The notes: generated by a model from the sequence alone, not told the origin. Counted from the first letter of the stretch, positions 10,512 to 21,562 are shown. The stretch is DNA of 64,000 nucleotides from an uncultured Gammaproteobacteria bacterium (GCA_964355955.1 CAYHFQ010000004.1:1162-65161); one strand, 5' to 3'. Numbers and translations are program-made.

Positions 10512-11326
10512 TACCAAAGAAATCATTCGGGCAACATTTTTTGCATGATCAGAGTGTGATTGGCAAGATTATTGCGGCGGCGGAGCCTGAGGCTTTTAAG
10601 TTTGTAGTAGAAGTAGGGCCAGGGACGGGGGCGTTGACCAAGTACCTAAAGGCCTCCCCTAACCCCTCCATAACTGGAGGGGGGCTTACGTTGCTTGAGG
10701 CTGATAATGAGTTGATTGCGCAACTGGCTACGGATTATCCTGAAGCGACGATAGTCAGAACGGATGCGGCTGCTTTTGATTATGACTCGTTGCCGTTTGG
10801 TGATGAACCGTGGCTGTTAATTGGCAACTTACCTTATAATGCGGCGACAGCGATTGTCATGAAGGCGCTAGAGGCTAAACACCCACCAGCCAGATTGGTG
10901 ATAATGGTGCAGAAAGAGGTGGGGGAGCGCATGTTGGCACTGCCTGGACACATGAGTGTGCTGAGTGTGGCAATTGGGGTGTACGCCACAGCGGAGAGAG
11001 TTTGTATCGTGAAGCCAGGAGCGTTTATACCGCCGCCCAAGGTGGATAGCATGGTGTTGAAATTGAGTACTAGAAAGTACAACGAAATTTCAGAATGTAG
11101 CAATGCACGACCTGACCCCAGTCAAGTTATTTTGATAGCGAAGGCGGGATTTGCGAGCAGACGAAAGTTTTTGGTAAGTAATTTGGTGAAAGCAGAAATG
11201 GGAAAGCCAGATGAGATTAGAGGCTGGCTCGTGGCGAACGGGTTTACGGACAAGGCGAGGGCAGAAGAGTTGATGGTTGAACACTGGAAGCAGCTCACTG
11301 CACACCTGACTGTGCACACAAGTTAA
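10505..11326 (+). CDS. rsmA: 16S rRNA (adenine1518/1519-N6)-dimethyltransferase RsmA/KsgA
   Basis: KKSFGQHFLHDQSVIGKII...VVEVGPGTGALT. Carries an unusual insertion of about 14 aa (KASPNPSITGGGLT) directly after the SAM motif. Confidence 0.85.
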   Translation: MVVPKKSFGQHFLHDQSVIGKIIAAAEPEAFKFVVEVGPGTGALTKYLKASPNPSITGGGLTLLEADNELIAQLATDYPEATIVRTDAAAFDYDSLPFGDEPWLLIGNLPYNAATAIVMKALEAKHPPARLVIMVQKEVGERMLALPGHMSVLSVAIGVYATAERVCIVKPGAFIPPPKVDSMVLKLSTRKYNEISECSNARPDPSQVILIAKAGFASRRKFLVSNLVKAEMGKPDEIRGWLVANGFTDKARAEELMVEHWKQLTAHLTVHTS

Positions 11327-11344
11327 TAACCTGTGCATAAAAAG

Positions 11345-11377
11345 TACTCATCGCGTTCCAGGCGATGAGTATTTTTG
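11345..11377 (+). terminator. Rho-independent terminator after rsmA
   Basis: TACTCATCGC-GTTCCAG-GCGATGAGTA followed by TTTTTGG. Confidence 0.7.
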
Positions 11378-11422
11378 GTATACTACTGTTGTACTAGGAG
11401 GATTGCCGTTCGCTTCGCGTCT

Positions 11423-12082
11423 ATGGCCGAGAACATTGAAGTAACTAAAGCAACGCGCCACGTTTTTTCGCGGCAAGAAAAAGTTGGTTACTCCGTAGTG
11501 GTTGCTACGGGGTGTTTGGCTATTGTGCTAGGAGTGTTTTACATGGGGACGCATTTACATGCACCTTTTAGTATTACCTATACCGGCAACCATTATTTAT
11601 CTGCTGACGATCAGCAACAAGCGCAGATTGCGGCACAGAAAAAGTTAGATACGGATAATGATGGCATCAATGACTATGACGAGCTGAACGTCTACGGCAC
11701 CAGTCCGTATTTGAGTGATACTGATGGCGATGGTTTGCTTGATGGATCAGAAATTAATAGTGGCGGGGATCCATTATGTGCGACAGGCAAGACGTGTGGT
11801 AATACTACGAATAAGGTGTCTATGCCGACGCCGGACGTGGGCCCAGAGCCGGTGGTACCGGTCGACGTTGACCCGGTTGCGGCTTTGAAGACGAGCTTAC
11901 TGGAGGCCTCGATTGATGATATTAAGGCAATGTTAATACAGTCTGGTGTTACGCAGGCCCAGTTGGATGCGATGACGGAAGCTGAGATTAAGACGACTTA
12001 TACTGGTGTGATTGATCAATTGGAATCGTCTGGAGAGTTGGCTAAGATTGTGAATGAAACTTCTACTCAAACATCTCCGTAG
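11423..12082 (+). CDS. Membrane-anchored protein with thrombospondin-type-3-like Ca-binding aspartate repeats
   Basis: One N-terminal TM helix, then DTDNDGINDYDELNVYGTSPYLSDTDGDGLLDGSEIN. The track ORF begins at TTG 11375 and the first ATG is 11423. It ends 4 nt before the giant gene. Confidence 0.55.
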   Translation: MAENIEVTKATRHVFSRQEKVGYSVVVATGCLAIVLGVFYMGTHLHAPFSITYTGNHYLSADDQQQAQIAAQKKLDTDNDGINDYDELNVYGTSPYLSDTDGDGLLDGSEINSGGDPLCATGKTCGNTTNKVSMPTPDVGPEPVVPVDVDPVAALKTSLLEASIDDIKAMLIQSGVTQAQLDAMTEAEIKTTYTGVIDQLESSGELAKIVNETSTQTSP

Positions 12083-12085
12083 CGT

Positions 12086-15000
12086 ATGAAAGTTCGCGGT
12101 TTTAAAAGATTGAGCATAGTAGCCTTGTTGGCCCTGTTAGTTTTGCCGACATTGTTTTTGACGGTTAAGCCTGCGTTAGCTATTCCTACCGAATCGCCGG
12201 ATCTGGTGGCTAGTGATAATGCTAACGCTATCAGGTTGCAATCACAAAAAAAGGCTGAGAATTTAGCTAAGAAATCATTGTCTGGAATATTATTTTCGGG
12301 ATTGATTAACTTAATGCAATTTGCTGCAGATAAAGCTGCATATACGATGGCAACAGCTTTGGTGTCTGGTGGTGCAGCGGGTGACCCATTAGTGGAATTT
12401 AGGACGCCTGGTGTTTTGGCGCGTGACTACTTCCAATCGGTCGGTGGCGAGTTGGTTGGTTTGGTCAGCGAGGATTTGCAAACCACTAAGATTGGTGGCG
12501 TGGCCTATTTTGCCAACTTCAACTTATGCGCACCAAGTAGCCCAGCGGTGCTACTTAGTTTGAAATTGGGTATTAAATCCATGTTTGAAGAGCCGTTACC
12601 AAAATGCGAATGGAATGCTATAAAGACTAATTGGGCTGGTTTTATTGCAGATAATGCAAATACATTTGTTGGTGAGGACAGCATATTGAAGAATGACGCT
12701 GTGCTAACGCAATTAGCTAGTGCTTTTGACCCACAAACGAATGAATTTTCGGCTAGTATAAGTTTGTTTAATAAGGTGTTGTATCAGGCAAAGGGTAAGA
12801 GTGATACTGCTTTGATTAATTTGATTGTAAAGGGTCCAACTAAGGATATTTTGGACGTTGTTACGGGTAATGTTAAAACTGCTTCACAGACAATTGATTG
12901 GTATAGAATTTCTCAGAATGATCACATTGAAAATCAGAAGTATGATTTTGGAAAGATGCTGATAAGCAACTCAGCGGCTTTTGAACAGGTTGGTTTGCAT
13001 GCTGCTAGCATGTTCGCTAATACTTTGGTGACTTCTGGTTTGCAGGCACTTTTGAGCGGTCAATTTAAAACTAATGCTAATACAGTGGATCCATTCAATG
13101 CTGGTTTGGTGGCTTTGATGGATAAGGAGACTGAGCAGGCTAGATTAAAATCTCTTTATACTTCGGTACCATTTGAGGTCACGAATTATGATGCATTGTC
13201 TGATTATGCGAATTGTCCAAATAGCGGTAATAGGGGATTGTATAACTGTGTAATGGATACTAGTTTTGCGAGTGCGGTGGCTAGTGCTGCGGCTGATAAC
13301 GCTCTCACAGTGCAGGGGGCAGTTGATCAGGGTTTGGTGAATGGTGATTGGGCACTCATTCCAAGTTCGGATAAGTCGCGCGATCAAGATCCGTATTGCT
13401 ATACCTATGGTTATTGCTACAGTAACTTGGTGAAGTTACGTAAGGCTCGGATCATTCCTGACGGTTGGGAGATGGCGGCGGATTCAATTTATAATAGTGA
13501 GAGTAGTCCGGTGACCTTACAGACGGTGATGGACGGTTTTGATGATTGTAATGCGGCTGGACAGCCTGATGAGAGTCATAACTGGTGTAAGCTGATTGAT
13601 CCGAATTGGATTCTTAAGTATCCAGACACGACTTGTAAGAACTTGGCGTACGGTGAATTGCTAGAGTCCTCAACCGATGCTACTCGTCAACAAAACTGTG
13701 TAGATGCGCCAAGCTGTATTAGTACGGATGCGGATGGTAATTGTACTGGTGGTTATGGCTATTGCGTACGGGAAAGCAATGTATGGCAGTTCCGGGGTGA
13801 TAGCTGTCCGGACTATGCTTCATCCTGTTTATCATTTACCACGAGCGAGGGAGCGAAGGCTAATTACCTAACGAATACTGTTGATTACGGTAGTTGTAAT
13901 GCTGACAACGCTGGTTGTACATGGTACGCCACAGATAAGACCGTTCAGGATGATGGGACCTATGCTTGGCCAACGGTAACGAGCGTGGCAGAGGCAGACA
14001 TTGCTACTGATACTTATAAAACCCGCATTTACTACAATGATAATGTAGAAACTTGTGATGCGAGTGCGGCTGGCTGCAATAAGTTGGTAGAGCGTGGTAG
14101 TGATGTCGGCCTTAACTTAATTCCAAATTCGAGCTTTGAAACCGATGCTGACGTTAACGGCTTGCCAGATAATTGGTTGAGTACTAATGCGACGGCAGTG
14201 ACTTATGATGACAGCGGCGTAGCCTTGAATGGCGACTGGGTTATCGGCTCCAATCTCGGTGGTCTGCTTTATCAAAGTGGTATTGTGTTGCAGCAGGGTA
14301 GTTTTTACACCTTGTCCTATTATGCTCGATTGATGGATAGTTCTGATGGCGAAGAGACTGCTAACATGTTGATTAGTTTGAATGCAGATAATGGTGAAGT
14401 GATTGATTTGCGGGGTACTAGCATGAGTACGAGCTGTAATATTTACGTTGACGGCAGTAGCGTGACACAGCCTGAAGTATTGCAGTTATCCGGGTATACA
14501 ACTACTACCGACTATCAGCGTTATACCTGTACTTTTACTGCTCCAATTTTGACTGACCGATCAGCTACAGTGAGAGCATATGTTGACGTTGGTGACGGCG
14601 TGAATGTGGCTGATGTCTGGATGGATGAAATTCAACTTGAACAGTCAGAAACGGTGACAGCTTGGCATGATGGTTACAGCACGGCGTCGCCAACCTTTGT
14701 GTATGCTAACGTGCCACCAACCTACCTTGGTTGTACGGGGGCGGATACAGATGCTGCTGAATGTGCCGATTACTCGACCGTTTGTCAGGAGCAGGATGTT
14801 GGTTGTACGGAATATACGCCGGCTAATGGTGACCCAGCCGTGTTTGGTGTGGTGAGTAGTTTAGATACTTGTCCAGCCACTTGTGATGGTTATGACAGTT
14901 ATAAGCAGGAGGCCACATTGTACGAACCGGATGGTGACTTCCCAGTTTACTTTATTCCAAGCAGCGCCACCACTTGTAGCGCCGCGGACGCCGGTTGTGA

Positions 15001-18000
15001 CGAGTTTACTAAGCTGAGCGACGAATCGCTTGGTTACTTTACTTATCTCCGTGCTTGTTTGACGCCAGAGCAGGATGCTGGTTCCACTTACTATACTTGG
15101 GAGGGTAGCGACGCCACTGGTTACCAGTTGGTGACTTGGAAGTTGCTGGAATCTGATTTGGGTGATAGCGCTTCGAGTACATATACTGCCAGTTCTAACG
15201 TTGAGACGAATGTTGGCAAGGCCCCTTGTACAATGTGGGAAACTTCGGCGACTGGCATGACTTGCGATGATAACGCTGACGGTGACACTGGTGAACATTT
15301 TGATACAGATACTGAGACCTGTGATCAGCACGATGACATTTTCGCTGACCCAGATTGTCGCGAGTTCTATGACACTGCTGGTGATATTCACTACCGTTTG
15401 TGGAGTAAAACGGTGACGGTGAACGAGGCATGTGCTAGTTACCGTAAGACGGATTTGGTTGGCCTTGGACTTGATTCAAATGGTGACCTTGTAGACGATG
15501 GTGATGCCAATTGTACTAACTCCGGTGGCTTCTTCGATGATACTCTGAACGAGTGTACTTATTACGGTTACTCGGATGAAAGTAATACTTGTGCGGCGGC
15601 AGCTAACGGTTGTCGCGACTACACTGGTGGCCGCAGTGCCAACAGTCGTGTGGCCTTTACGGATACTTTAGAAACTGGGGACTATACGAGCTGGGATTCG
15701 ACGAGTACAGCGAATGTGACTTATAGCAATGAATCCGTAGCGACGGATGGGCACTCGCTGTCTTCACTTGGTCAGACCGTGTGGACGTTTATGGGTGGTG
15801 ACGGCACGGTGTGTGTGGACGAAGCTGGTTGTGATGAAACGGCGGTGGCTCTTGGTGGTACTTGTACCGTGGGGCTCGACGGTGGCTATTGCGGCACTTT
15901 GCAGGATGAACTTTACGCAGGTAAGACTTATACTTTAAGCTTCTGGGCTAAGGGAACTGGGACTTTGACGGCTGGGTTCAATGTCGACGCAGTAACTTCG
16001 GGTATTAACTTGAATACGGCTTCTGGCGCTGGACGTGATGCCACCTTCGGCACGGCTACGTTGTCGGCTAGTGACTGGCAGGAATATAGCTTGGGACCAC
16101 TCAACATGACGGCTGATGATTATGCTGACTTTGGCAACGGTACGGTCTTGGCCTTTATTCCAGATAGTTCCAGCAGCCGCTTCTACTTGGACAACGTGGT
16201 GCTGCGTGAGGGTGAGGATAGTATTGATGTGATTAAGGGTTCTTGGACGACGCCAACTGAATGTGACGCTACGCCAGAAGGTACGGCGTTCCCACAGTAT
16301 TACCTGGGTTGTCAGCAGTACACCTCGCAGACGGGTGAGACTAGCTATGAGAAGTCGTTCTCGTCCTTGTGTTCCGAGAAAAAAGTAGGTTGTTCGGCTT
16401 ACTACAGCACGGCCCAGACGGATAGCGCTTATGGCCAGGTGTATGGTTTGACGTGTTCGACTTTGGATGGCGCGATTGTCGGCGCGGCTACTAACTGTTA
16501 TTACGGCGTGATTGATGAGGATAGTGCGGATACTGTCGACCCAGTTTACGACACGACCAGCGCCTTTATGTGTACGATCGGTGTCGGGTTCTCGAGCTGT
16601 AGCGCCAACATGGACTGGAGTATTCCAGCTGATCAGTTGCTAAGTCACTTGAGTTACGGTCCTTCAGCACATGTGGTGCCGGCCGATGCACCGTTGTACT
16701 TGATTGTGGGTGATACTAATTCCTGTCAGTCGGCTGACGCTGGTTGTGAAGAGGTGGGCTTGCCAACTTTCAGCCCAGACCATACGGCAGTGACGGCTAG
16801 CACGAGCACCTACTTGCTTAACTCGCCAGCGGATTATGACACGACGCTGTGTTCGCAGGATGATTTGTTCTGTCAGGCTTGGGATGCTGGTGATAAAGGT
16901 GAATACTACTTTAAAGATCCGGGTAACCAGAGCTGTGAATACCGCACTGGCGTGACGGTGAATAATACGAGTTATGATGGTTGGTTCCGCACCGGAACAG
17001 ATAACTTCTGCTACGGCAGCGGGACTTGTGTGACTACTGATGGCTCTGTTGGTGCTAGTTGTACCACGGACGCTGAATGTGGCACGGGGGTTAGCTGTAA
17101 CATAACCAGCGGCTCTTACTTAGTTGGCGGTGATCAGTCTGGTATTTGGCATAATGGTGACCCTAGTTACAATAACTGGGTGGGTACTTGTGATGCGGGG
17201 GATAGTACTTGTAGCGAGTTCCAGGATCTATTGCAGATTCCAGACGGTCACTTGTACGGCGAGTCAGACGGTACCTCTTACTTCTTCTTGGATAATAGTA
17301 GTTTAGATGAATCTGGTTTGACCACTAACGAACAATGTAATGGATTGGTGAGCCAGAAGGCTGGTTGTGTCTTGTTTAACAACACGGCTGTGACAGCCCA
17401 GACTTATAATGCATCGGCCAGCTATGTTGCTAGCTTGCATGCGGATACGTTGTTTGGTGACAAGCCAAACGATTTAGAAAACCCGATTTCTTGTACGGAT
17501 GCCGTCACCTCGACGATTACTACGCCAGCGGGGGACAGTGTGGACTTGTGTGCCAGCCGCTGTGCTTACGGTAGTTATGCATTGCATGATGCGAATAACG
17601 GTAGTACGGATGTAAGTGATACTAGTGTAGGTGGTTATTATGCCGGGCGTTCAGCGGCGCAGATGGCTAGTGTTAATGGTTTAGCAGCTCTTGGTTTAAC
17701 AGCAACTGACCTATATACCTTTGGTGCTTCTTGTCTTAGCGATAGTGACTGTCCAGCTATGACCAGCGATTTGGGAGATGAGGTAGATGGAACATGTGGG
17801 ACAACTGTTATAACAATTTCTGAATCTTTCTATTCTACTGAAGTGAGTGAAATAGTGCCACGTCTAGAAGACGATAGTAACCGCGTACTTAAAGTTGACC
17901 GTGACCGTCAGTGTAGTGAATGGTTGAGCTGTGCTGATAGTCAGCAGGTGTGGGATGCCAGGACCGGTACTTACCGCACAATTTGTGGCGACATCGATCT

Positions 18001-21000
18001 CTGTAATGCTTATTCTGGCACTGGCGATGCCTCATTCTGTAGCAGTTGGGTGCAGGACGACGTGGCAACGGCGCTTGATGTGACTCGCTATACCAGTCGT
18101 GATACCAGTTGGTATGGTCACGAGTATTCAGGCTACGCCATTCCTGATTTGTTGCCGGTGCAGATGTTGAGTCAGGTCAACATTACGCCGCCACCGGGTT
18201 ACTGTAATTTGCCGATGTCGGCTGGACCGGCAGTGCGGTCTGAGTACCAGGGCGATACATGTAGTGTGGATGCTGACTGTAGTAATCAGGCAACTGCTTT
18301 CCCGACTATCTATCATGGCTCTTGCTCGCAAGCTACGGCAGCAGATTACCGCTTGGTTTTTGACGCTGGGAGTTGCGACGAGTCTTACGGCGCAAGCTGT
18401 ACAGTAGGTTACTGTAGCGACACTGCAGCGGCCTGTAGCAGTAATGATCAGTGTGGCAGTAACAGCTGTGTGATTGGTACCTGTTACACTGTTGGTAGCA
18501 CGGATTGTGTGACGGATAGCGATTGTAGCAGTGGTGATACTTGTTTGGCGGAAGGCAAATGTGCGACCGATAACGGTCAACTAGATGTGGGTGCTAGCTG
18601 CGATACAGGTGAAACTCTATATGCGGACCTTAACGATAAAACTGGAACGTGTATTAATGCGTCATGTTTGTTGACGGCAGAGGGACAGCCGGTGGATACA
18701 GGATTGACAGAAGCTAAGGATTGCCGAGCATATCCAGAAAGCAGTAGTCCGTTTGACAATGAGGTGGTGAGCATGTGGGTGAATCCGGATATGAGTGAGG
18801 AGCCTAATGGTAATGATAGTAAACAGCCGTTTGCTGATGTAGCATCAAAACTTGATATTGCGCCAGACATGGTGCCGTACTCGTTTATTACTGGTTTTGA
18901 TAATGCTAATGTTTGCGTGGGTGGTGTTGACTGCAGCTGTAGCTATAAAAAGATTACTTATGGTACTGGTAGCACAACCAGTTATGTTTCGGCTGATCCG
19001 GCAGTCTCGATAATAAACCAGTCGCTGGGTATTTGTAGCGGTGGTGGATTCGATGGTGCAGCTTGTGCAAAATCTGATGAGGACACCGGAGTTATTAGTG
19101 AAGCTATGTGTGAGCGTGGCTGCACCAGTACTGATTGTAGTGATGGCATAGCTGTGACAAGTGATGGAAATGATTCAGATGGTCATAGTACGACACTAAA
19201 TAATTCTGGTGATGTAAAAGGTGGCGGTACGTGTAATTATCCAACGCAGGAAGATACTATTCTTGGCCTAGACGGATATTGCTTGGAGCGCGATACGTCT
19301 ATTAATGTTAACGGTAACCGCGATGATGCTCACCGGGCATGTCTCACTTGGTTGCCGGTGGACCAGTTGGCGGGCAGTACAGACCTGTATGGCAAGGACT
19401 TGAGTGCTGGTTACTTTGCTCATGCTTCAGTATGTTCCAATGTCAGTATTTTCATGGACCTCGGACCAACATTAGTGCCAGAGTTGAATGCTACGGTTGG
19501 CACGGAGGGTACTCCTGGTGGTCAGATGGTAGCTTGTGCAGAAAGCAAAATAACTGACAGGACAGAAAGTAGCAGTACAGAATTTGATGGTACTGTTGAT
19601 GATGTATTTTCGGATGACACAATGTCGAATTGTGGTCATAATCTTGTTTGTCCTGCAGGATATTGGGCACTGATTGGTCAACCATCATGGGCTGATGGAG
19701 CGATCTCGATCAATAGTCAAGTAATCGCTAATGCGTGTATGGGCGTAGATTCCGCTGAGTATAATGATTGTCCTTACGTTTGTATTCCATTGGGTGCTGT
19801 TGAGCCAACTAGCGGCATGTCATGTGATTATGGCGGTGCCTATACAAACGAGGTATTGGCGAATACGCCAAATGGAGTTTCGGTATTAGATACTGTCAAC
19901 GATAGGCTGCCAGACAATGTGTACGCTATCGGTAGTCAGCCAAGTGGCAGAGCTGAGACTGATAGTTTGTATGGGTATCAGAACTTTGATTATGTAGCTA
20001 GTTCACTGAAATTGTGTCGTGTTAGGGGCGTAGAGTATACCGATGCCTTTGCCATGTCGGTATTTGCCCTTCCAGAGACAACCGATTATTACCGGAACTT
20101 AGTAGCAGGACAAGCTGTTACGGGTGTTGATATTTATACGTTTGATGAAAATGATCTAAATGTTGAATATTATCCAGCGTGTGCCGAAGTATTAAATGTT
20201 GTTGATTCTGCTACTGACATTGGTTACCCATTCACAGATCGTATTCTCAATGATTCCCAGAATTACATGATTAGTGATGACACTTATTCAAACATGCAGT
20301 ATGAACGAACGACTACTCCAGAGCCATTCGGTGTTATAACAACTGATTTATCAGCTAGAGATAATTCTGATCCACCAATAATTGCTGCATCCTGTGCTGA
20401 TTTAGCGGATGCTTCTGATGTGTATCGGAACTTTGATACTATTGTGCCACCTCTTGGTGATAGTTTGAACTCGTGTGATTCGTTAATCGATTATAGTGAT
20501 AAGGTAGCCGAATCGTATCCTGGTAATGCATTAGCACGAGCTTGGGTTAGTTTTACACTGAGTATACAAAAGGTCACCCATGGTACCTTCAGTGTTAAGA
20601 CATCAATGTGGTCTGTATTGCCTTCTGTGGGTGCTGCAGAAGAGGCATTTACTAGAATCAGTAAAATATTTGCCAAGGCTGACATTGGTACTGACGATAA
20701 CTTGAGTACCTGGGTCGGTGAGTGGTCTTCGGATGGGGGAGACGCGCTTGGTTATCAGACGGCTGCAACAACTTCTGATGATGGTTATGATGTTTATGAC
20801 GTACGCGGCGCTGAGGGTAATCCACCAAAGGTGTGGGCCTTGAGTAATAGTACGTGTGACGGGACGCAGTGTGAGGAGGGAGATGAAGGGGCGCTGACGT
20901 TGAATGATCAGAACAGTGGCGATTTGGAGGGAACGGGCGGGTTCTACCGTGCCTACCTCAAGTTCTATGCCGCGGCGGATAAGAACCAACTGCCGATTAG

Positions 21001-21562
21001 AAGAGTGATTGTTGATTGGGGTGACAATAAGCAGTCGGGTGCGGTTGATGGGGGTAACTTCTACAAGAACCATCGTGGGTATCAGGACGGTACGACGACG
21101 AGTATCTGTGATACGGATCCGAATGAGAGTACCTACGAGTGGGGCATGAATGGTGATAGTTGCGACCCTAACTACTTCAGCTATAACCATAACTACACTT
21201 GTAACGACTCCCTGATCTTGGGCATGGACGCTTGTGTCGACGCTAACACGGACGGCATTAACGACGTGTCGCCGTGTATGGCGGTGACGGACGAAGGCAG
21301 CTTCTGTGTCTTTACGCCGAAGGTACATGTACGTGATAACTGGGGTTGGTGTACGGGTAGCTGTGTTGATGCAAGCACGGACTCTATAATCAATCATGAG
21401 GCTGATGCATCAAATAACGGAGGAGCTGGTTGCTTTGACAGCGTTGGTACAATATCCGCAACTTCAATTCAGAGTGAATGTAATTATGAAAGCTATCCGC
21501 TTAATGCATCGAATAATGATCCTTGGGTGCATTATCAGGGAGCGGTATATGTGAAGCCATAA
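12086..21562 (+). CDS. Giant (3158 aa) secreted cysteine-rich surface protein with CBM4/9-like modules
   Basis: Signal peptide MKVRGFKRLSIVALLALLVLPTLFLTVKPALA. Recurrent C-x(3-5)-AGC-x-[ED]-[FY] motifs (TCDASAAGCNKL, TCSAADAGCDEF, SCQSADAGCEEV, CAAAANGCRDYTG). NLIPNSSFETDADVNGLPDNW is carbohydrate-binding-module-like. It is a single uninterrupted ORF. Confidence 0.85.
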   Translation: MKVRGFKRLSIVALLALLVLPTLFLTVKPALAIPTESPDLVASDNANAIRLQSQKKAENLAKKSLSGILFSGLINLMQFAADKAAYTMATALVSGGAAGDPLVEFRTPGVLARDYFQSVGGELVGLVSEDLQTTKIGGVAYFANFNLCAPSSPAVLLSLKLGIKSMFEEPLPKCEWNAIKTNWAGFIADNANTFVGEDSILKNDAVLTQLASAFDPQTNEFSASISLFNKVLYQAKGKSDTALINLIVKGPTKDILDVVTGNVKTASQTIDWYRISQNDHIENQKYDFGKMLISNSAAFEQVGLHAASMFANTLVTSGLQALLSGQFKTNANTVDPFNAGLVALMDKETEQARLKSLYTSVPFEVTNYDALSDYANCPNSGNRGLYNCVMDTSFASAVASAAADNALTVQGAVDQGLVNGDWALIPSSDKSRDQDPYCYTYGYCYSNLVKLRKARIIPDGWEMAADSIYNSESSPVTLQTVMDGFDDCNAAGQPDESHNWCKLIDPNWILKYPDTTCKNLAYGELLESSTDATRQQNCVDAPSCISTDADGNCTGGYGYCVRESNVWQFRGDSCPDYASSCLSFTTSEGAKANYLTNTVDYGSCNADNAGCTWYATDKTVQDDGTYAWPTVTSVAEADIATDTYKTRIYYNDNVETCDASAAGCNKLVERGSDVGLNLIPNSSFETDADVNGLPDNWLSTNATAVTYDDSGVALNGDWVIGSNLGGLLYQSGIVLQQGSFYTLSYYARLMDSSDGEETANMLISLNADNGEVIDLRGTSMSTSCNIYVDGSSVTQPEVLQLSGYTTTTDYQRYTCTFTAPILTDRSATVRAYVDVGDGVNVADVWMDEIQLEQSETVTAWHDGYSTASPTFVYANVPPTYLGCTGADTDAAECADYSTVCQEQDVGCTEYTPANGDPAVFGVVSSLDTCPATCDGYDSYKQEATLYEPDGDFPVYFIPSSATTCSAADAGCDEFTKLSDESLGYFTYLRACLTPEQDAGSTYYTWEGSDATGYQLVTWKLLESDLGDSASSTYTASSNVETNVGKAPCTMWETSATGMTCDDNADGDTGEHFDTDTETCDQHDDIFADPDCREFYDTAGDIHYRLWSKTVTVNEACASYRKTDLVGLGLDSNGDLVDDGDANCTNSGGFFDDTLNECTYYGYSDESNTCAAAANGCRDYTGGRSANSRVAFTDTLETGDYTSWDSTSTANVTYSNESVATDGHSLSSLGQTVWTFMGGDGTVCVDEAGCDETAVALGGTCTVGLDGGYCGTLQDELYAGKTYTLSFWAKGTGTLTAGFNVDAVTSGINLNTASGAGRDATFGTATLSASDWQEYSLGPLNMTADDYADFGNGTVLAFIPDSSSSRFYLDNVVLREGEDSIDVIKGSWTTPTECDATPEGTAFPQYYLGCQQYTSQTGETSYEKSFSSLCSEKKVGCSAYYSTAQTDSAYGQVYGLTCSTLDGAIVGAATNCYYGVIDEDSADTVDPVYDTTSAFMCTIGVGFSSCSANMDWSIPADQLLSHLSYGPSAHVVPADAPLYLIVGDTNSCQSADAGCEEVGLPTFSPDHTAVTASTSTYLLNSPADYDTTLCSQDDLFCQAWDAGDKGEYYFKDPGNQSCEYRTGVTVNNTSYDGWFRTGTDNFCYGSGTCVTTDGSVGASCTTDAECGTGVSCNITSGSYLVGGDQSGIWHNGDPSYNNWVGTCDAGDSTCSEFQDLLQIPDGHLYGESDGTSYFFLDNSSLDESGLTTNEQCNGLVSQKAGCVLFNNTAVTAQTYNASASYVASLHADTLFGDKPNDLENPISCTDAVTSTITTPAGDSVDLCASRCAYGSYALHDANNGSTDVSDTSVGGYYAGRSAAQMASVNGLAALGLTATDLYTFGASCLSDSDCPAMTSDLGDEVDGTCGTTVITISESFYSTEVSEIVPRLEDDSNRVLKVDRDRQCSEWLSCADSQQVWDARTGTYRTICGDIDLCNAYSGTGDASFCSSWVQDDVATALDVTRYTSRDTSWYGHEYSGYAIPDLLPVQMLSQVNITPPPGYCNLPMSAGPAVRSEYQGDTCSVDADCSNQATAFPTIYHGSCSQATAADYRLVFDAGSCDESYGASCTVGYCSDTAAACSSNDQCGSNSCVIGTCYTVGSTDCVTDSDCSSGDTCLAEGKCATDNGQLDVGASCDTGETLYADLNDKTGTCINASCLLTAEGQPVDTGLTEAKDCRAYPESSSPFDNEVVSMWVNPDMSEEPNGNDSKQPFADVASKLDIAPDMVPYSFITGFDNANVCVGGVDCSCSYKKITYGTGSTTSYVSADPAVSIINQSLGICSGGGFDGAACAKSDEDTGVISEAMCERGCTSTDCSDGIAVTSDGNDSDGHSTTLNNSGDVKGGGTCNYPTQEDTILGLDGYCLERDTSINVNGNRDDAHRACLTWLPVDQLAGSTDLYGKDLSAGYFAHASVCSNVSIFMDLGPTLVPELNATVGTEGTPGGQMVACAESKITDRTESSSTEFDGTVDDVFSDDTMSNCGHNLVCPAGYWALIGQPSWADGAISINSQVIANACMGVDSAEYNDCPYVCIPLGAVEPTSGMSCDYGGAYTNEVLANTPNGVSVLDTVNDRLPDNVYAIGSQPSGRAETDSLYGYQNFDYVASSLKLCRVRGVEYTDAFAMSVFALPETTDYYRNLVAGQAVTGVDIYTFDENDLNVEYYPACAEVLNVVDSATDIGYPFTDRILNDSQNYMISDDTYSNMQYERTTTPEPFGVITTDLSARDNSDPPIIAASCADLADASDVYRNFDTIVPPLGDSLNSCDSLIDYSDKVAESYPGNALARAWVSFTLSIQKVTHGTFSVKTSMWSVLPSVGAAEEAFTRISKIFAKADIGTDDNLSTWVGEWSSDGGDALGYQTAATTSDDGYDVYDVRGAEGNPPKVWALSNSTCDGTQCEEGDEGALTLNDQNSGDLEGTGGFYRAYLKFYAAADKNQLPIRRVIVDWGDNKQSGAVDGGNFYKNHRGYQDGTTTSICDTDPNESTYEWGMNGDSCDPNYFSYNHNYTCNDSLILGMDACVDANTDGINDVSPCMAVTDEGSFCVFTPKVHVRDNWGWCTGSCVDASTDSIINHEADASNNGGAGCFDSVGTISATSIQSECNYESYPLNASNNDPWVHYQGAVYVKP

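Noticed and set aside
20603-21397. 264-aa antisense ORF, plus several 60-180-aa ORFs on both strands inside the giant gene
   Set aside because: They lie entirely within a 9.5-kb ORF that has coherent signal-peptide and domain structure. The antisense frames are Thr/Arg/Val-rich low-complexity translations, typical of shadow ORFs.
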